Positions 1 to 11,000 of a stretch of 64,000 nt of DNA are shown here, piece by piece. Source of the DNA: Fimbriosthenelais zetlandica (taxonomy: Eukaryota); contig OZ365111.1 of assembly GCA_977030845.1 (NCBI GenBank), positions 45,136,001 to 45,200,000 on the forward strand. Reading direction: 5' to 3'. The translations under genes and the position numbers were made by a program. The notes below the pieces were generated by a model that saw only the letters and a program-made list of their open reading frames with translations, searched no databases and was not told the DNA's origin. Position 1 is the first letter of the stretch. Each line of letters starts with the position of its first letter.

Positions 1-1294
1 CATGAGATATAGCGGTAGCACTAGGCAGGCAAAGGAAAATATCGTGAACGCTAATAAAAACAAAATTTGTGCCACTATGATATACGTTGCATTAGAGACC
101 CAATAATGCATTAGAGACCCAATTAGTAGAACAGTGACAAATATCTAGATTTATTTAACAAATAACATGAGCGCATTGTACTCTTTTTTCATGAACATCA
201 GTTTGACCATAATAATGTAGCAGTATGACAATTATCATCTAAATCGATTAGCCACAGGATTCTGGATCTTTTTAACAGTAGTGAACCTATTCGCAGCCTT
301 AATGGACTAACCAGAAAAGGCCGGGGAGATATATTATATTAAGACGAGTAAGCGTCCAATATGTAAAATTTTTTTTTTTTACAAAATATCTCATTCAACT
401 AACGTACCACAAATGTTATTATCAAAGGGAACAAAGACAGAGACACATTAACCACATGTTAGTTACTTGTTTGCCTCTATCAAATACTCTTTAAATCTTT
501 TTCCTTATCAAAATAAGGTATAGATAATATATAAGACTTTACCACTTGTAATTCTTTGATGGAAAAACTATCCAATGCATTGAAGCTCTAATGAAAATAC
601 CTATGTTGGTCCTATATACTAAGCATAATATGAGTCTCATGAAGGAATTACATCAGTCTATATAATATTTGGGTGATTTGGTAATAAATATTTATAGTTC
701 AACATTATCATTTTCTCTCATACAATAAAAATATAACATTCAGTTTATCAACTTAATGATTCATTCCAGATCTACAAGTCTAGAGTTGAATCTTCAGGGT
801 AGGTACATGACTGGAAGATCACTTTCCATTTGGAGCCCAAAATGTCCCAGGTGAAAAAATCTCAGGCGTCAAGTCTTTTTGGGAATGTAATGAAATTTTG
901 GTATCCAAGATGTCAATGAAATCATAGCCAGGGACTTAAGCGAAAGGGTATTCGAGACGAGCTAAGCCCTTCATATAACAAAGAGTGACAGACATACATA
1001 CTATAGTAAATCACATACTCTCCATGTATAGCAATATAACCTGGAGCACACTGAAGATGCATCCATTTATTCTTCTGGGCATTTTCTATAGGGGATACAT
1101 CGTCAGGATATTTCAAGCGTTCACCACGTAAGCATTGTCAAGAAACAAGAGCTTAGCTTACAAAAGCTGAGCCGGACATCTATTTCTCAGTGTCCATCTG
1201 CCACAAGTCATTCACTCGCATTCTCTGTCTATGTTTCTGTCTTTATAGGGCCATGGCACAACTGTATAATGCTAAAGCATTGTTGGGCAATGGT

Positions 1295-1451
1295 NNNNNN
1301 NNNNNNNNNNNNNNNNNNNNNNNNNNNNNNNNNNNNNNNNNNNNNNNNNNNNNNNNNNNNNNNNNNNNNNNNNNNNNNNNNNNNNNNNNNNNNNNNNNNN
1401 NNNNNNNNNNNNNNNNNNNNNNNNNNNNNNNNNNNNNNNNNNNNNNNNNNN
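1295..1451. other. Assembly gap (157 N)
   Basis: Run of N in the sequence; ORFs spanning it are artefacts. Confidence 0.99.
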
Positions 1452-2525
1452 CTACTCTTCTCTCAATTCCCTGTTCTATTTCATTTTCCTCCCTTCTGAT
1501 TCTCATCTCCCTCTATTCTCTTCCCATTTTTTTTTGATTTATCTCATCTTCCCTTGCACATTCAGACATTCATTCTCGCCCTCACTCCCACCCCCTCAAT
1601 AAGGAATATACCAACATGCTTGCTTGTATTCTGCATGATTTACAGCAGCCTCGTGTGTGTCGGGAAATCTTTATTTTGCGGCTGGCATGCCCTGCTAAAT
1701 CAATACACCCTCGACCTCCACCCACCAATGTGCAATCGGTGAGTCGGTGGTGATGGCAGTGCTGGTGACTGTGGTCTTCTCACTGGTGGCCGCGTTTAAG
1801 AGGATGGGAGGACACCACTGTGCAACATCGAGAAAAAGCACCGGTGCAAATGCTCGGACATATAGCCCTAACTGACCCCTTACATACATTCACATACACA
1901 TAAACACAGTGATTCTTCAAGTTCTCACTATAATATATCCGTCTGATAATCTCACTAAGTCACTTACCCTAATTGACAAACATGTTCATGTGGACAAACA
2001 TGCACGCACGCATCCTCTCATTTGCACAAGCAAACCCACTCATATAGCACATCTTTCTGCACAGCCGCCATCCTGCCTGTGTAGGCAAGCCATGACAGCA
2101 CCAACAAGCGTTGCCGGGAGACCTAGGGACCGGCTTCCTTTGCCTAAGAGAAAAAGGGACATTAATGTACACTGCATTGCTCATTCCCCCGCCCAAGCTC
2201 TTTATCAGAGCCTTCGATGAGTGCCAGCACTTCTACTTGGCTCCTGCACCTGTGCTGTCTCCCACTTGCTGTCAATGGCTCCAGCACTCTTACGGATAAC
2301 ATCCTTATCACTGTCCAACTGGGCATTGTGGGCGGTAGGCACCACTCAAAGATAAAGCATCAATTATTCCATCCAATTGCCAAAGCTGGTTCCACAAATC
2401 CCAAGAGCTGGGCGCTGTCAAGACAAATAGCACTGCACCATTACCACATACACATAATGTATAGATATATATACATACAAAACAAATCTCTCCCAATAAA
2501 GCCAGGTTGCCTTACAGCCACCACT

Positions 2526-4484
2526 CTATGATATACAACAACACTTGTTTTCCTTAACCTCTCCAGAATTCTGGTCCTTTTCCCTATCGTCGCTATCTCC
2601 ATTGAGTAGCTTCTCCTCCTCCGGTTCCCCATCGTTGCTTTTGTTTGACTTATTCTTCGACCCACGCTTTTTACCTGATTTTCCTGAACTGTTACTGGCT
2701 GGGTCGGCTTCAATATCCACCTTCCCCAGCATTTCTATTTCAGATCCGGCTCCGGATTTCTCAAAGTGAACCCTTTTGATGGAAGCTTTTGGCTTCATCA
2801 CTCCATCCTTATCTGTGTTCGGCTCATTTGAAGCGTCATTGCTGTCCACTCTCAGCAATTTATCCTTCTCATCCTTTTCCCTATTTTTCTCCTCCAACAA
2901 CCTATCGATTTGAGTTTTCCCTTCTTCGTCTCTCCTCTCTAGGAGTATATGCTGTTCATATTGATCCACCCTTGGCTCGAGCTGGCCCAGGCTGGCTCTT
3001 TTAATGCTTAGTTGTCGTCTCCTTTCTTGTATGGCCTCTACGTCCACTGGCACCACTCTCTCTATAGTTTCCTGGGCACTTTCTTTCTCCGTTTTGATCA
3101 TCGGAGGTTCAGTGGTGCTGATTAGTGGCTCTGTTTCCACTTGTTTCTCATTTTGAGTTTTGGCTGGGGACGGTTCAGGTGAAGACGTGCCAAAATCAAT
3201 TGGTTCCAATTCGTCCATGCATACCATGCCTTCAGAGTCAGGGTCACTGTCTATAACTGAAGGATGGACGAACTTTTTGGGCTTCTCTTGCAGGGCTTTT
3301 GACCCTGAGCAATCACTATTGCCTTCTCTGTGCTCTATGCATATTAACAAATTATCCGGCTTATCCTCGAGTGGTGAAACTGGTGATTGGACTGTCACCA
3401 CAAATAGCTGGTTATCTTCCTTCCATTCTAGACTTGGGGATAGGGCTAGATCTAAGAGCTTCTTCCTTCCATGTTTACACAAAGAATTTTCCTCCTGGAC
3501 CGAGCCTGTCAACGTGTTTTCATCGCTGTTAGCATTTCCAACAGACTTGTTTGTTTGTGTAGTCAGTTGAATATCCTCACATAGTTCTTGTGGATTTTCA
3601 TCCATGTTGACTTTGTTCATGTCTGGATTCATCTTGGCTTGTTGACTACCTATAGATTTGTTTTTCCGTGTTAATGCTGACAAGCGATCGTCTTTTAATG
3701 ATGATTCTTCTTCCAAAGACTTTGCTCTGGAAACATTAGGTCCTTGATCTACCGACTTAGTCTTTTCTAAGCAAGCTGTTCTCTCAAAAGACTTTGCCTT
3801 TTCTACAGAAACCCCTTTTTTAATCCACAACCGTTTGTGGGGAGGTATTTCGGCGCTGCCAATGCTTTTAGATTCTTTCAATTTTTTCTTTTGTTTTTTC
3901 TCCTTCTTTTCACATTCTTTGTTTTTCTGCTGTAGAAAGAGTTCAAGTTCTGACATGCCAGATGGAGTTTTCTTTAACAAGGCATGTCTTTCACAGTGAG
4001 CACCTCGCGGTTCCAATTTGAGTTTATTTACAGGTTTGGAGTAGGAGGAAGTAGAAGAGTCTTCAGATTTGCTATCTTTTGGATGGAATGTCTTGGGAGG
4101 AGGATTCTTCTCCTTTTCAAGAAGGAACTGTTCTAACTCTGACAAGCCAGAGGCAGACTTTTCTTGTAACAAGGGGTGTTTCTCATATTGAGATGTCCTT
4201 GGGAGTATTTTTATCTTTCGTGGTCCTGTTTCCCTAATTTCACTATTGTTTGAAGTGGAAGGCGCGCTTGCATCTGCAGGCAACGTCAGTGCTTTTAAAA
4301 GCTTGCCCCTCTTTGCATTCTTTTGCTTGGCTTTACCTGAATCCATGCGTTCAGGGCAATTAGACTGGGGCTTGGTGAAGTTGGAAAGAAATGCGCTTTT
4401 ATCCTTGGTAGGTGCAGCATTTGGAAGAGTTTCAGAACCGGAGAGCTTAGTTTCCATGCCAATATCAGCCATACTTTTGGACAT
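2526..4484 (-). CDS. Uncharacterised charged, largely disordered protein (~650 aa) with three internal ~35-aa repeats, an RVxF motif and a C-terminal CaaX box
   Basis: Uninterrupted 1.97-kb ORF in AT-rich DNA; first ATG at 4484 (ORF track starts at TTG 4496); K/E/S-rich; KRVHF at 2763-2777; ends KCCCIS-stop. An upstream exon cannot be excluded. Confidence 0.8.
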   Translation of the reverse strand: MSKSMADIGMETKLSGSETLPNAAPTKDKSAFLSNFTKPQSNCPERMDSGKAKQKNAKRGKLLKALTLPADASAPSTSNNSEIRETGPRKIKILPRTSQYEKHPLLQEKSASGLSELEQFLLEKEKNPPPKTFHPKDSKSEDSSTSSYSKPVNKLKLEPRGAHCERHALLKKTPSGMSELELFLQQKNKECEKKEKKQKKKLKESKSIGSAEIPPHKRLWIKKGVSVEKAKSFERTACLEKTKSVDQGPNVSRAKSLEEESSLKDDRLSALTRKNKSIGSQQAKMNPDMNKVNMDENPQELCEDIQLTTQTNKSVGNANSDENTLTGSVQEENSLCKHGRKKLLDLALSPSLEWKEDNQLFVVTVQSPVSPLEDKPDNLLICIEHREGNSDCSGSKALQEKPKKFVHPSVIDSDPDSEGMVCMDELEPIDFGTSSPEPSPAKTQNEKQVETEPLISTTEPPMIKTEKESAQETIERVVPVDVEAIQERRRQLSIKRASLGQLEPRVDQYEQHILLERRDEEGKTQIDRLLEEKNREKDEKDKLLRVDSNDASNEPNTDKDGVMKPKASIKRVHFEKSGAGSEIEMLGKVDIEADPASNSSGKSGKKRGSKNKSNKSNDGEPEEEKLLNGDSDDREKDQNSGEVKENKCCCIS

Positions 4485-6689
4485 TATTTTTACCAAAAGA
4501 AGAAACCATGAAAAGATGACTGAACCAAGTCAGTGATCACTTAATACAGCAATGGTATAGTCCGAATGTGCTTGGATGTCTTCGCCTAAGTCTTTTGAAA
4601 CCTATGTATATACGAGTGTCAAAGCCTTTTTAATGAAACCTCTTTAAAAGTATCTTGCCAAAAGAGCAGCTCAAATTGGACTGTTAAAAAGCACTCCTGA
4701 CGATTGATCCAATGCACTGACACCTTTCAATTAACCCTGTCACATGTCGTGTGGTTCGTCTTTTATATTCATAATGATAGTATAAGATGACAATAATATT
4801 ATATCAGACCAGGGATTGTGAAATGTTAACTACATCACATTCTATGGTTCCAAGACGAACGGTAATGATCTCAGTGTGAAAAGAAAACTCTTATAATCTT
4901 ATAACATAGCACCATGCATCTCATTTCCTCAGTTCTTCTCATATTTGCCTTGACCAGTTTCTGCTGGACTATGCTCGGAGATTATACAATCAGTCCATTG
5001 TTAATTCACTAATAACATAACCATATGGATTACCCCCAAACTCTCCCTGATTTCCACCCCAAAATCTCTATATTAGTATATATGTGATGGGCCTGTTCAG
5101 GGCCTGCCTCATTCTATTCATAAGCCTGGCATGTGTCATGATCGATCATAATCCATCCTGGGTTGCGTTTTGAAAATAAAGCCCCCAAATGCAAAGCGGT
5201 GGAATGAATTAATCCTCCAAGCTTCCTGGCGGTCATGGAAAGGGTTAAAATCCAACGACCATTTTAACCGAGCTTAACCATGCATGGCTTACGAGTGATT
5301 GTTTCCCTTGTCATCTCAGCTAATTATTTAGAACCACTAACATCTGAAATAATCCATTAATGTTGTATAGAAGAAGGGGTTATTGAAAGCTGATGTATTC
5401 GCTATGATACCTCAATCCACTTTTGCTTATCCTGACCCATTGACGTTCAGAATATCAATGGAGTTATGGAATGAGTATACTGGCACAGATGGGGTGTATA
5501 GATTGATATCCAGCCTGTCACAACAGGTATTCCCTCAATAACACTGAGTCTCTCACTGTCTATAGTATTTACATACATGTCATGCGATATAATGCCACTA
5601 TACAATCATACTCCTACATCCATGGTGGTATAGCTCTAATGGCTTACTGGCACAGTGTACCTGATGCCTATTATTAATACACCCACACTGATCCTTTCAC
5701 TTGTCCATTATGATTACCTAATGAACCTTTAGGCCATATATGTATGGTAGGAGAATATGTCAGGTATATATATAATAAACGGGGATGGTTAAACGGGGGT
5801 AAATGATGGTCAGCTTTCAGGGGCGGAAACTAGTAGCGCGGGGAGGCAGTTTTTCACCCGCTCAAGCATGGTCCGGACGGTTTGTCTGCCGAGAAACATC
5901 AATATTCCCTGCTGGCATCGGTGGGCACTGACAGTGAGGGGCTTTGTTTTAGCACACTGCCACACTGCTGGGCATCTGTCCCGTGTTAGCTCGGCCAGCT
6001 TTTGTTGTCCTGGGACAAAGTTTTATAGGCTGGTCGATTCATGTCCCATGTTAGCTTATGACACACTTCCTCCCTATCTACCGTCTCCACTCCGCGTCTT
6101 ACTACTGCTGATCCTCGCTATATGATATTGAGAGAATGTGATTTCCTGATATGAGTTTCTAATAGTGCCCCCTCTTTAACACATCCAGGGTTGGTTTGGA
6201 CAAACAGGGTGATGGAGCATTAGCACAGGAGGAGAGCCATTTTGTCCATATCTGCAGGATAACATGTGCCAAGTGTAAATCCAGTGCCTGAGTCTGTGTA
6301 CCATCTGTGTGAATACAATAGTATACTACTTACATTATAGTATGTATCAACAGTGGTGGCTCTCGTTTGGATCTGTAGATTGAGGGGTATCCCATCCTCC
6401 TCCCTGCTCTCTCCCGATATCAGCTGATCATAACATGCATATCTGCATGTAATTCCATGGCGGGGATGATGATTAAAATGGCTGTATCATCCTAGCCCCC
6501 AGATGGTCAGACGGGCACTTACTCCTGGCTGTCTTGCGGGACCAGGAAGAATTGCTGGCAGCATACCATCCACCGCTTTAATTCCTCACACTGTGTACTC
6601 CTGGTGCGATGATCAGAAATGGCAATGGTGGAAGATTTATGTAATGTCTCCGACTTCAAGGATTTGCTTGCGCTGTCCCCATCTCCCAC

Positions 6690-7570
6690 CACCACCACTG
6701 GTACCACTAGGTGAAGCACCACCACTATGGTGAAGACCACCACCACCACCACCACCCACCACCACCCGATGCTGATTGTTTAACAGCTGCTGGTAGCCTC
6801 TCACTCTCCTTCTCTCTATCTCTTCCTGTCTCTCTCTCTATCCTCTAGCCTGCTCACTCACTCTGCCCGTGCCCTTCGTTGGTCATCCGCTGTCGCATCT
6901 GCTCCTGCATCTGCTCCATCTGCTGCCTATTCCCTTTCTCGCCTCTTGCCCTTCTCTGCATATTCTTCCTCCTGCTCCTCCTCCTCCTCCTCCAGTGCGC
7001 TGGCTCACGATGCCTCAAAAAGCGCGCTTTGCCCGCACGCTATGGAGGAATGCTCCTTGTCCTGAAGCCATGCTGCTGCACCCCACGTCTAGAGTTGTTG
7101 ACACAGTGCTAAATATCTACCTTTTCCACATGCAGTACTGCCATGCCTGTATTGGCGAGTTGTGGGAGGATGGAGGAAGGTGGAGGGAAGCTGGTGGAGC
7201 GGGCCTTCTGGATGCGACAGAGAGATGGAGGAACAGGATGGCTCCTAGCTGAGTCTCTCCATTTTCCACCTCTTGCCATCCATCGCTGGTGCTGCTGCTG
7301 GCTGGGCTGTATTAATGGCACAGTGGGGGCCAAGGCATGAGAACTGACTGCCTTTCTTTGCCAGGACTTCTTGGCTTGGGGGTTAATCTGGTCTGGGTTT
7401 ATACCTAAGGTCCTGGTATAATACGAGTGACATTCTACCTAGGCACTTCCCTCCCTCCATGCACCATCGGCAGCAACACCGATAGCACCATCACCACCCA
7501 GTACTACTACCACAACCCACCACCACAGCCACCACCCCCAGCCTCCTCCTCATCATCTTCCTCCTCCTCC
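6690..7570. repeat. Low-complexity patchwork of (CAC)n, (CT)n and (CCT)n runs
   Basis: Visible runs at ~6690-6770, 6800-6850, 6970-6992 and 7490-7570. Confidence 0.7.
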
Positions 7571-9541
7571 TACCCCACTATCCGAGAGGGCAAAATGCAT
7601 TATCCTGAGAGATATGACATGGGAACGTGAAGAGGTATATGGTATGTGGGTAGAGAGGTAGCTGATTTAACATCATACAATCTTGTAATATGATGCCTCA
7701 TAGACCACCAGACAGAATGACCCATCCCTCAATCTTACCCAATGCCATTGCTTATCAAATATACATTGTTGAATACAACAGATTAATACACAGATATATA
7801 TATAGACATAGGATCTGTAAGCTCGGCATGCAATTTAATTAACATTATTTTGCTTTAAAATAATTAAATTTTACCCTACTAAACTACTTATAACCAATGA
7901 CACTGCCCTATAGTGATTCTAATAAAAAAAACCCTTAAAAACCGGATGCTTTGTTTTCTGCAAGGCTTGATGCAGTATCACGGTCAGTATCTGCTAAAAG
8001 GGCTCAGACAGGCCAGTAAAATCCAGTTATTCTATGCATACACCCTACCATCTGCCCCTAACCGCATCTGAGCCCATGTTAGCTTAGCCATCTTGAATTT
8101 TCCCTCATTGCCATCCAGGTACTATTCGCCAATAAAGCCTCGTCTCTGTTAAAAAAAACAAACCTTCCCACTCCTCGCATTCACAACATTTAAACATTAG
8201 TGCCTGGCACTAGTATTAAAAGAGTGAGAAGGAGATGAGAGTTGTTTGGCAAATTGCATGGATGGTTTTGTGCGCGTGAAACAAGTGCACATTGCCAGGC
8301 TTTCCTCAGTTTCTAACTGCTTGCTTTCACTGCTGCCATTGCCTTTCGTGCTGCTCCTATACCTCTGTCGCAGTGCGGTGACATCTTTGGCCGGATATCA
8401 CAGTGCCGTTGGCCCATATCTCTGGAAAGGCCATATATACTGGGCCTTGGCTTTCACACCCCGCTCCCAGCACTGCTCAAGGTTTTCTTGGCTGACTCAG
8501 TGAATCAAGGTTGACTGCTTTGAAAGGCTGGGCGGGGTACATCATTACTTTGAAGAAGTCGAGTGAAAGAACAAAGCTTGAAGAAAAGATTCATATTAAA
8601 AAGAATGCAATTGGTCTGGGAGGAATTTGTTTGGGCATGGAGCAGAATGAAGTATTTAATGGGGACAAGTGAAAATAATGAAAATAATTTATAACCTATA
8701 GTGCAGAATAATAATAAAAACAGGAAAAAAGGCTCAACAAATCTTCCTGAAGCACATGGTTCAATGGTTGTACCAGTTTCTATTTCTATATAGGTAATTT
8801 TGCATAGTATAGTACTCATGGTCGTCAAGGCAAGGTAATTTTCAAGCCCTGAAGATATTCATGCATAAATTCTACATACCACTGAATTATATAATACATG
8901 GATTACATAACGTAACAAGTATGGTATGGTATATACATGTGGTATATTCATACATGTACCTTCACCCAGTGCACTTGTTCTACTGAGAAGATCCACGGGC
9001 TGTGAAGTCTGAGCAACATGATGAAGCTTCCCTTTCAGCTTTTGACTAATCTTATTCCCTGCCTGCCAATGTGATTACAGCATTGCTACTAACAGCTAAA
9101 TGCCTCAAGATACAGCAGACTGCCTCCTACTTGATCTATGGCCTAGAACCCCGATAATTCTTATACTAAATCCTTCACATTACCTTCAGAAGACTATAGT
9201 GGAGATTTTGAAATTTAAGTATGACCTTATTCAACAATTTGAACAATTACTTTCATAATGCTATGAACATAGACTTGCCCAAGTCCTGAATTCCTTTTGG
9301 TTAATAAACAAATTTAATTAGAGTCAGTTTGCCAATCCGACAATCACTAGAGGAATATTTATAGGAGTTGAAGAATGAGCAAGGTTGGCTCCAGTCTTTT
9401 CTTGTTGAGAATGAGAGAATGAGGGCTTGTCTAATTTGCGTAGCCCGTAGCCAGCATTTTTCTTTCATATATAGGGGGTGCATATCGCCCAAACAAGGGG
9501 GGAATTTGGAATGGGTTTCCGTGGAATGAGCTCGGAGCTGT

Positions 9542-9565
9542 GGGGGGGGGGGGGGGGGGGGGGGG
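9542..9565. repeat. Poly-G tract (G24); similar poly-C tracts at 18984-19001, ~24195-24211 and ~56627-56646
   Basis: Homopolymer runs seen directly. Confidence 0.9.
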
Positions 9566-11000
9566 AGGTTGTAACTGGAACTGGACTTGTTTGTCAAAGG
9601 ATCTATTTCACTCTAAATATTATATGGTGTCTTTTAATTTGCAGCCATTTCCCCTTTGTCACTTTCAATTTTCTGGCCCCTACATAACATGTTTCTGTAA
9701 TTTCCACTCGCTAATCTAGTTTATCCCATTTGAAGCCGCACAATGCTATCAAAAATAGTTCTTTGTTTTCCCACACTCTCTGAAAACTTTAATAACACTC
9801 AAGCGCTCTTAACCCCATGTCGCTCCAAATTTTGAAAACCGATCGGGCGCTCGCCACGTTATCACTAGTACGAACTGATAACTCTTTGAGATTTTCCTCC
9901 GAGCGCTCGCCTATATCTGTGGAGTATTTCTCAATGTCAATGATGCGAGCGCTCGCCTCATTATAAATATTGTCACATGTTTAACAGATGCTGCTTTTAG
10001 TGAGTTATGAAGGTCCGAGCGTTCGCCACTTTTGGCGAGCGCTCGTTAATAAACATATTGGAGAGAATAGATGAAGGTGTTGACTCTCTGAGAGGCGGCA
10101 TGGTAAGAGATAGAGGAGTCTGAGTAGTAGGAACAGGAGTAGAAAGTGCATGCCGGGACCGGCGGTGGTTCCTGGAGGAGAATGCAGGTGGGGCAAAGGA
10201 GGTGTAACCCTTCTCCCCCTAATCCCTCATACAAATGCCACTCGCTCGCTAGAGTGGTGTTATAAACCGAAACGGAAGAAACTTCACCTCAGACCAAGAT
10301 CGAGCGCTCAGGGTGCTCGGTAGTGTGGCTTTCTATACCTTTCTATATAATACCAGGCGCTCGAGAGAGGCAATTTCCGATCGAGCGGTGAGAGAAAATT
10401 ATTGATATCATGACGGCGGTCCGGTATTGATTTAAAGAACATGACTTGGTAAAATTTAGTTATTATCACAACGCTAAGACCCCGGTCTTACTCATAATGT
10501 CAACCTATTTACATAGATAATTGGATTAGTATTGTACATCAGTGTTCGAGGTCTCATCAGTTTACTGCTTGCTGCTGCCTGTTTCTTTCCCACGCAAACT
10601 GGATTTCTGCCAAGAAATGATTTGTTTGAAGCTCATGATCATTATAATGGCTCAAGGCTCAAGGTCTCTTCTCGGAATTAGGTCTTATTTCTACATCGAG
10701 CAAAATGTGCTAGACTCCCCTTGCATTCAATACCCCTAGATTTATAAGATGAAAACATTTAATTCAATCCGTCAAAATATATAACAGGCATCTCACGGGT
10801 CCTTAAATGTCCCCAAAAATGGACCTTTTTATTTCCCTTAAAGGGGCATTGGGTTTTTCGAGATTTCAATTAAAACAAGTGTAATAAAGCTGATAATGAG
10901 CGTCGAAACCAAAATGTGATGAGAGATGAGAAACTATGATAACACTATCATTCAGTGTATCTCCAGAATAAAGATGATTACATTACATTTTTCATTTTAG

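Noticed and set aside
922-1116. 64-aa minus-strand ORF (…WMHLQCAPGYIAIHGE…)
   Set aside because: TTG start, no recognisable family, next to a gap; it could be an exon but I cannot support it.
1190-1537. ORFs spanning the N run
   Set aside because: Artefacts of the assembly gap.
2111-2450. VHCIAH motif suggestive of a hAT transposase CxxH
   Set aside because: No other hAT motifs in any frame; too short to call.
2545-4536. Plus-strand ORFs overlapping the 656-aa ORF
   Set aside because: Antisense shadows of a real K/E-rich coding sequence.
7378-9816. GGGTTAA at ~7380 and TTAACCC at 9809 as piggyBac ends
   Set aside because: They face away from each other and share no extended TIR.
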